From NCBI GenBank assembly GCA_002790835.1, contig PFVX01000056.1, positions 24,508-88,507 of the forward strand: a stretch of 64,000 nucleotides of DNA. The letters are read 5' to 3'. The notes beneath the pieces are model-generated. The model made no database searches. It was not told the origin of the DNA and saw nothing but the letters and a program-made list of their open reading frames with translations. Of the stretch, positions 58,228 through 64,000 are shown piece after piece. The position numbers and the translations under genes were made by a program. How positions within the stretch are numbered: the stretch's first letter is position 1; each line of letters opens with the position of its first letter. Origin of the DNA: a bacterium CG_4_9_14_3_um_filter_65_15. GTDB lineage: Bacteria > Krumholzibacteriota > Krumholzibacteriia > LZORAL124-64-63.

Positions 58228-59505
58228 TCAGACCGCCGCTTCGGTGTCGGCCTCCATCTCGGCCAAAGCCGTGCTGGCCTTGCCGCATCCGGGATCCAGA
58301 GCCAAGGCCTGCTGCAGGTGATGACGGGCCACCTCGCTCCGGCCGGCCGCCGCATACAGCCGTCCCAGATTCAACCACGGTTCGGCCACACCCGGCAGCA
58401 ACTGGCAGGCGCGCTCCAGCGCCGCCTGGGCCCGGTCTCCCCGCGCGGCCGTCAAATGCCACACGCCCAATGTGTTGTGAAAATGCCCGTTGTTCGGAAA
58501 CAGGTGCAGGGCCACGGCCAGCAGCCGGCCGGCCACGTCGTGTTTGCCCTGGCGAAGGGCGATCTGGGCGCGCAGGTGGCACGCCTCGGCCAACTGCCCG
58601 TCATCGGCACAACCGCTACCCGCCACGGACGCCAGCTGTGCGTCGGCCTGATCCATGCGTCCCGATTCCAGCAACAACCACCCCGCCGTCAAGCGCCGGT
58701 CCGGATGACTCGGCTCGAGGATCAGGGCCCGGTCGATGGCCGCGAGGGCTTCGTCCAGGCGCCCGAGCTGGATGGCGCAATCGGCCAGTTCGGCCCAACC
58801 GGCGGCATTGCGGGGTTCCTGGGCGGTTTTTTGGCGGGCCAAGCGGAGGTAGAATTCCATCTTTGCGGCATCGGCGTTCAAGGTGCCGAAATGATGGATC
58901 GGCACGTCCAGGTTCACGATGTCGAGGCCGGCTGCCTCCACCGATGCTTCGACGGTCTCGTGGACCGCGCCCGCGAAGCGGATGTCCCGGCGTCCGGGAA
59001 AGAGCCGGATCTTGGCCGTGGGGGTGAATCCGGGTGCAGGCGGCCAATCCCCGGTTAGGGCGTGGGGGTCGGGCTGGGGCACGGGACGCCATCCCCGGCG
59101 GCTATACATGCCTCGCAGGTAGTTGCGGGTGTGGATGCGGGCGGCTGCGGGCGCCAGGCCGTCTTGGCGGGACACCCAATCGAGCAAGGTGCGCCAGCCG
59201 CCGTGGCTGAGCCTCTCGTCCGCATCCAGGCATAACACCCAGCGACCCTGAACTTCGTCGAGCACCGCGTTGCGGGCGGCGGCGAAGTCGTTTTCCCAGG
59301 GAATCTCCAGCAGGACCGCGCCGGCGTCGCGCACGATATCCCGCGTGTCGTCGCTGCTGCCTGTGTCGGCGATGACCATCTCGTCCACCCAGGGGGCGGC
59401 GGATTCCAGCAGGGGGGCCAGGAATTGACCAGCATCCTTGACGATCATGGCCAGAGTGAGCAGCCTGCGGCCGTTGGTGGGATGGTTTTCGAATATGTTG
59501 TCCAT
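58228..59505 (-). CDS. Family-2 glycosyltransferase with C-terminal TPR repeats
   Basis: N-terminal LTLAMIVKDAGQFL...ADTGSSDDT...DADE (GT2 DxD), then more than six TPR-like helices. Confidence 0.65.
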   Translation of the reverse strand: MDNIFENHPTNGRRLLTLAMIVKDAGQFLAPLLESAAPWVDEMVIADTGSSDDTRDIVRDAGAVLLEIPWENDFAAARNAVLDEVQGRWVLCLDADERLSHGGWRTLLDWVSRQDGLAPAAARIHTRNYLRGMYSRRGWRPVPQPDPHALTGDWPPAPGFTPTAKIRLFPGRRDIRFAGAVHETVEASVEAAGLDIVNLDVPIHHFGTLNADAAKMEFYLRLARQKTAQEPRNAAGWAELADCAIQLGRLDEALAAIDRALILEPSHPDRRLTAGWLLLESGRMDQADAQLASVAGSGCADDGQLAEACHLRAQIALRQGKHDVAGRLLAVALHLFPNNGHFHNTLGVWHLTAARGDRAQAALERACQLLPGVAEPWLNLGRLYAAAGRSEVARHHLQQALALDPGCGKASTALAEMEADTEAAV

Positions 59506-59719
59506 GGAACCTGTTGCCGTGCTTGTGTTTCCGTTGTTGGCACCCGGATCGGCCGCGGTCGCCGGATGTTGAACTGGTTCCGCGTTGCAGGTTGTGTGCC
59601 GATCGGACGATCCCGCCCTGCCGGGGGCAAGGCTTTCCTTGGTGCCTGAGCAACCTCAGATGCTATACTGCTTGGAATTGTGGCGGATGGGGGCGCGGGG
59701 TCGAGTGAGGGAAAAAGGT

Positions 59720-60919
59720 ATGAAAAAGCTATGCTTGCTGGTATTGCTGCTGATTCCCTGCCGGTCCGGCGCTTTGGGGGCCGGCGCCATCAACATGGTG
59801 TTCAACACCTCCGCCCGCGCCGCGGGCATGGGCGATACGGGCGTGGCCGTGCCCTGGGGCCTGGACGCCGACCATTGGGCCAATCCGGCGCTGCTGGCCT
59901 TCCGGCCCGGGGTCCACTACCGCTCCATCGAATCCCAGCTGGCGCGGGGACCGCTGGACGGCAATTACCTGGAAATGGGCATCCAGCAAGCCATAGACGA
60001 GAACCAGCAGGAACTGGGGGACTTCCACGCCTTTGCCCGGACGAAATCCTGGGGTGTGGGTGTGGATGTGGTGCAGGTCGCCGAGGAGATCCTCGGCTGG
60101 CGGGAGGGCCGATTCAGTCGCTACGTTTCGCTGGCCGGGTGGATGACATGGCACGATTTTGAGGATCAGTTGGTCTTTGATCCGCTCCTGCAGGATTCCG
60201 GGGGGAGCGGCTCGGGCGACGGAACGGCCAAGAGTATGGGCTACGCGGTGCGGGTGACGCCGTATGACGGGGCGCGCGGCACCGAGATGCCCGACAACTG
60301 CCCGATGGGCGTGCGGGTGAGCCTGGCCTACGGCGCCTCGGTCCAGAACAAGACCCAGGACTTCATTTTCCATTCCGGCGAGCCCACTGGCGATCCCTTC
60401 CCGCGCCAGTATGTGTCCGGGGGGGGCCTCAACGCCGAGGTGGCGTTCACCGCGGGGATGCACGAGAAGTGGCAGGGCACTCCCACCGGTTTCTTCCTGG
60501 CGGTGTTCGATCCCCTGATCAGTTTCACACGCACCGCGCAAAACATTGAGCCGGGCTTCGTCTACGAGGACGGGGCCTGGTGCTACGAGCCCGACACGAG
60601 CGATAGGGAAGACGAGAACTCCCGTGGGTGGGAATTGGGCCCGGCCAACATCTACTTCCTGCGCCGTGGACGTGTCGAGGCCGTCTACGGTGATGTTGAC
60701 GGGGACACCCGGGCCGGCGGCTGGAACATCCAGGCCGGCCGCTTCGGCGGCTTCCGCAAGGACTGGGCGGTTGTCCCGCAGGCCTCGGGGCTGCCCACCG
60801 TTCGCCGCAAAACCTGGACCGTCTGGGCCGACCCGGGGAAATTGTGGGTACCTTGTTCTGATTCGCACCCGAACACCCGCCGGTGGTGGCCAGAAACGGA
60901 CCACCGTCGTGTCGCATAA
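59720..60919 (+). CDS. Secreted/outer-membrane hypothetical protein
   Basis: Signal peptide MKKLCLLVLLLIPCRSGALGAG. Gly/aromatic-rich, consistent with a beta-rich outer-membrane protein. No known motif. Confidence 0.45.
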   Translation: MKKLCLLVLLLIPCRSGALGAGAINMVFNTSARAAGMGDTGVAVPWGLDADHWANPALLAFRPGVHYRSIESQLARGPLDGNYLEMGIQQAIDENQQELGDFHAFARTKSWGVGVDVVQVAEEILGWREGRFSRYVSLAGWMTWHDFEDQLVFDPLLQDSGGSGSGDGTAKSMGYAVRVTPYDGARGTEMPDNCPMGVRVSLAYGASVQNKTQDFIFHSGEPTGDPFPRQYVSGGGLNAEVAFTAGMHEKWQGTPTGFFLAVFDPLISFTRTAQNIEPGFVYEDGAWCYEPDTSDREDENSRGWELGPANIYFLRRGRVEAVYGDVDGDTRAGGWNIQAGRFGGFRKDWAVVPQASGLPTVRRKTWTVWADPGKLWVPCSDSHPNTRRWWPETDHRRVA

Positions 60920-60944
60920 TTCCCAGCCCCGGAAAGTTGGATCG

Positions 60945-62369
60945 ATGTCCCGGAAACTCGCGCTCATCTACCTCGTCGACGGCGCCCGCGCCGACGTCAT
61001 GCAGCAGCTTCTCGATGACGGGGATCTGCCCAATATCCAGGAATACGTGGTTTGCAACGGCACCTCCCGCCTGGCCACCACGGTGATGCCCTCGGCCACG
61101 GGCCCGGCCTACCTGCCCTTCATGACCGGATGCTATCCGGGCACCCTGAACATCCCCGGTCTGCGCTGGCTCGACCGGCGCGAATACTTCGCCAAGGCCC
61201 TCGGACGGTACCGTTTCCGCAGCTACAACGGCCCCGAGGCCGGCATGTTCGACGGCGACATGCCGCCCGAACACCCGACCATGTACGAGATCTTCGACAA
61301 CCCGTACAACATCCTGTCGCTGATCACCCGCGGGTTGCCCCGCGGTCACAACCTGACGGCCTGGTCCAAGCCCTTCGCCTACGTGCGGGCCCACCTGACC
61401 CACAACTGGCACCGGGTGGACGCCCTTTCGCGCCGGTGCCTGCTGTCCTGCCTGGACCGTGACCCCGATTTCATCTACGCGGTCTTTCCGGCGGTGGATT
61501 CCTTCTCCCATCTCCAGCATCCCCATCACGACCAGACCCTGCAGGCGTACCGCAACGTGGACATCAGCGTGGGGGAGGTCGTGGCCAAGCTGAAACGGCT
61601 CGGTCGCTGGGACGACACCCTGCTGATCCTGACCGCCGACCATGGGTTGACCGCCACCCACACGCACATGGACTTAGGGCAGTTCTTTCAGAAGCGCGGA
61701 CTGGACACACTGACCTATCCCGGCATCTGGAAGCTGCGGCCGCAGATGTCGGTGATGATCTCAGGGAATTCCTACGGGCTGGTCTACCTCCTGCACGGCA
61801 TGAACGGGGAACGGGATCCCGCGCAGCCCCCGCTCGATGCGGAGATCAAGACCGCATTGGGACCGGTGTGGGACGAGCTGCTGGGACGCGAAGAGATCGA
61901 TCTGCTCATCGCCCAGCGCGGACCGCAGGCGTATGCCGTCATGGCCGCGCGCGGCACCGGGGTGATCGAACGGGTGACGGGCGGCCTGACCTACCGTCCC
62001 GAGAACGGCGACCCCCTGGGTCTGGGTTCCTTGACCACGCCCATGGACGATCGGGAAGCCCTGGCCGCCACGTTCGCTTCCGACTATCCCGATATCCTGG
62101 TCCAGGTGGAGAACTGCTTCAACTGCTCGCGGGGCGGGGACCTGGTGGCCATCGCCCGCAACGGATACGACCTGCGCTCGTCCTTCGAATGGCCGGAACA
62201 TCACGGATCCCACGGCTCCCTGCACCGCGAACACATGATCGTGCCGGTCATCTACAACCGGCAGGATTGGGCCGAGGGGCCCATGCGCACCGTGGATCTG
62301 TTCAACACCATCCTCAAGTGGTCCGGAAGAACCCCCCTGGAGAATACCGATGGCCGAACCCTCTGCTGA
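60945..62369 (+). CDS. Alkaline-phosphatase-superfamily nucleotide pyrophosphatase/phosphodiesterase-like protein
   Basis: ...YLVDGARAD...AVDSFSH...LILTADHGLT... are AlkP/NPP-type metal-ligand motifs. Confidence 0.7.
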   Translation: MSRKLALIYLVDGARADVMQQLLDDGDLPNIQEYVVCNGTSRLATTVMPSATGPAYLPFMTGCYPGTLNIPGLRWLDRREYFAKALGRYRFRSYNGPEAGMFDGDMPPEHPTMYEIFDNPYNILSLITRGLPRGHNLTAWSKPFAYVRAHLTHNWHRVDALSRRCLLSCLDRDPDFIYAVFPAVDSFSHLQHPHHDQTLQAYRNVDISVGEVVAKLKRLGRWDDTLLILTADHGLTATHTHMDLGQFFQKRGLDTLTYPGIWKLRPQMSVMISGNSYGLVYLLHGMNGERDPAQPPLDAEIKTALGPVWDELLGREEIDLLIAQRGPQAYAVMAARGTGVIERVTGGLTYRPENGDPLGLGSLTTPMDDREALAATFASDYPDILVQVENCFNCSRGGDLVAIARNGYDLRSSFEWPEHHGSHGSLHREHMIVPVIYNRQDWAEGPMRTVDLFNTILKWSGRTPLENTDGRTLC

Positions 62370-63456
62370 TACCCGCGACCTCCAGGTCCCGGCAGATCCA
62401 GACCCATCGCCCGCCCCGCCGGGACCGGCCTTCGGCAAGATCCGCACGGGTCTGAGCCTGTTCGTCGTGGTGTCGCTGCTGGGCAACCTGGTCGCCATCT
62501 GGTGGAAGAGGCCCGAGGGGCTCAGTGACCTGGTCGCCCACACCAACTGGTGGCTGGCCGCACTGGTGATCCCGCTGGTGGCGGTCGACCACGTGCTCGG
62601 CGGGCTGCGCTACCGCGTCCTGTTCAACGGCCGGGTCCTGCCTCGGGTCTCCCTGTGGAATTGCATGCGCTCGAACTACGGCAACCTCTTCATGGGGATG
62701 GTGACCCCGGCCCAGACGGGGGGTGGGGCCGCCCAGATCTATCTGTTGTGGCGGTCCGGGGCGACCGTCGGCGACGGCATGATGGCCTCGCTGGTGAATT
62801 TCGCCGCAACCCTGGTCTTTTTCCTGGTGGGGGCTGTGACGGCCTTGTTCCTGCTGCCGGACAACCTCATCGATCCGCGTCTGACGGGGCTGTTTCGCGC
62901 GGGCTTCGTGTTGTTGGCGGGGCTGGTGCTGCTGGTTTTCGGTCTCCTGCAGCTGCCGCAGGTCTTCCTCGGCCTGATCGGGAAACTGTTCAATCTCGTG
63001 CCCCGGCGCTGGGCAAGACTGCGCCGCGGCTGCGAAGGCGTGCTGGTGCGTCTGGAAGTGGAAGTGCAGGGCTTCCGGGCGGCGCTGCAGAAACTGTGGC
63101 GCCTGCAGCCGGGCCTGATGCCGGTGGTGTTCGTCCTGACCATCGCCCTGTTCATGAACAAGTATCTGATCGGGTACGTGATCGCCTCGGCTCTGCAGAC
63201 CGGGGTCCCGTTCTGGATCTTCATCAGTCTGCAGATCTGCCAGCTGTTCCTGATCTACTTCGCGCCGACACCGGGCGCTTCCGGCGTGGCGGAACTGACC
63301 TCGGTGTGGATGCTCGCGGCCATCCTGGCCGAGCAGAACCTCGTGGTCTACACCCTGGCCTGGCGTCTGACCACCTCGGTCCTCGGTGCGGTGATCGGCG
63401 CGGGGGTTTTGCTCCAGGATATCCGGCGCGGTAGGGAATACGGGGCCAAAAAATGA
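62350..63456 (+). CDS. UPF0104/lysylphosphatidylglycerol-synthase-TM-domain (flippase-like) membrane protein
   Basis: About 8 TM helices with Gly/Pro motifs typical of the flippase-like UPF0104 family. It overlaps the upstream gene by 20 nt. Confidence 0.65.
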   Translation: MAEPSADTRDLQVPADPDPSPAPPGPAFGKIRTGLSLFVVVSLLGNLVAIWWKRPEGLSDLVAHTNWWLAALVIPLVAVDHVLGGLRYRVLFNGRVLPRVSLWNCMRSNYGNLFMGMVTPAQTGGGAAQIYLLWRSGATVGDGMMASLVNFAATLVFFLVGAVTALFLLPDNLIDPRLTGLFRAGFVLLAGLVLLVFGLLQLPQVFLGLIGKLFNLVPRRWARLRRGCEGVLVRLEVEVQGFRAALQKLWRLQPGLMPVVFVLTIALFMNKYLIGYVIASALQTGVPFWIFISLQICQLFLIYFAPTPGASGVAELTSVWMLAAILAEQNLVVYTLAWRLTTSVLGAVIGAGVLLQDIRRGREYGAKK

Positions 63457-63480
63457 GCCCCGGCCGTGCGACCGGGGCTC
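63447..63480 (-). terminator. Rho-independent terminator for etfA (minus strand); also sits right after the plus-strand flippase-like gene
   Basis: 9-bp stem gagccccgg/ccggggctc with an 8-nt loop. On the minus strand it is followed by ATTTTTTGG. Confidence 0.6.
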
Positions 63481-63504
63481 CGTTCACGCTGATCAATCTC
63501 CCCC

Positions 63505-64000
63505 TCAACCGCGAAGCTTGATCACTTCCTCGGTCAAGGGCGGCACGATCTGGAACAGGTCGCCCACGATGCCGTAGTCGGCCGCCTTGAAGATGGGCGC
63601 GTTGGCGTCCTTGTTGATGGCGACGATGCACTTGCTGCTGCTCATGCCCGCCAGGTGCTGGATGGCCCCGCTGATCCCGCAGGCGATGTAGAGGTTGGGG
63701 CCCACGGTCTTGCCCGTCTGGCCGACCTGGTGGGAATAGTCCACCCAACCGGCATCCACGATGGCGCGGCTGGCGCCCGCGGCGGCGCCCAGGGCTGCAG
63801 CCAGCTTCTCGATCAGTTCGTAGCTCTCCGGTCCCTTGATGCCCCGCCCGCCGGAAACGACGATTTCAGCCTCGGTCAGTTCCACGTCGCCGGCCCCGAC
63901 CGCCTCGATGGACTGGACCTGGGCCTTGGGGTCCACCCCGGACAGGTCGGGCGAAAAGGCCTCGGCGGCCGCCGCGGCGGCGTTCTCCTCCAGCACGAAA
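63505..64000 (-). CDS. etfA: Electron transfer flavoprotein alpha subunit, C-terminal part (N-terminus beyond window)
   Basis: ...[28 protein letters not shown]...IVAINKD... is the EtfA FAD-binding signature. The ORF is open to the window end. Confidence 0.8.
   Translation of the reverse strand, partial: FVLEENAAAAAAEAFSPDLSGVDPKAQVQSIEAVGAGDVELTEAEIVVSGGRGIKGPESYELIEKLAAALGAAAGASRAIVDAGWVDYSHQVGQTGKTVGPNLYIACGISGAIQHLAGMSSSKCIVAINKDANAPIFKAADYGIVGDLFQIVPPLTEEVIKLRG

Overview
This is a 64-kb chromosomal window from a high-GC bacterium, roughly two-thirds G+C by eye, with promoters sitting in short AT-rich islands. It is densely packed with about 60 genes, mostly core metabolism.

Lineage is an inference: a subtilase carries a C-terminal T9SS (Por) sorting domain, which points to an FCB-group organism (Gemmatimonadota- or Eisenbacteria-like).

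Main blocks, in order:
- A heptaheme c-type cytochrome behind a textbook TTGAAT-17-TATAAT promoter.
- A tRNA-queuosine neighbourhood: queG translationally coupled to an AmmeMemoRadiSam radical SAM gene, and a convergent queF.
- A giant T9SS-sorted S8 peptidase with a beta-helix region.
- A three-gene operon: a DUF3524 (QTMAN-like) glycosyltransferase, a HAD-IIA hydrolase and an alpha/beta hydrolase.
- A cyclic-dinucleotide signalling locus: an excisionase-type HTH gene, a STAS-GAF protein with a degenerate HD-GYP domain, and convergent cdaA.
- A likely operon of two secreted paralogs, an ECF sigma factor, an anti-sigma factor and a tandem M16 peptidase.
- A ClC channel.
- glgA, a sensor histidine kinase, a response regulator and glgC.
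- A tRNA dihydrouridine synthase.
- pyrR-pyrB-pyrC, an inserted TPR lipoprotein, then pyrK-pyrD, preceded by a candidate PyrR attenuator.
- hemC.
- A nucleotide-sugar cluster: a DegT aminotransferase, ugd and an epimerase.
- A fused NarI/HdrD-like membrane Fe-S oxidoreductase behind tandem AT-rich palindromes.
- An envelope cluster: a GT2-TPR protein, a secreted protein, a phosphodiesterase and a UPF0104 flippase-like protein.
- A partial etfA at the window edge.

I found no rRNA, tRNA, CRISPR array or IS/integrase. Many long antisense ORFs in the supplied track are GC artefacts. Several genes use GTG or TTG starts.

Coordinates for start refinements follow the ORF-track frames. Motif coordinates are read from the sequence line labels and may be off by 1-2 nt.

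The candidate I rank highest as a new system is the bacterial QTMAN-like glycosyltransferase operon next to queF/queG.
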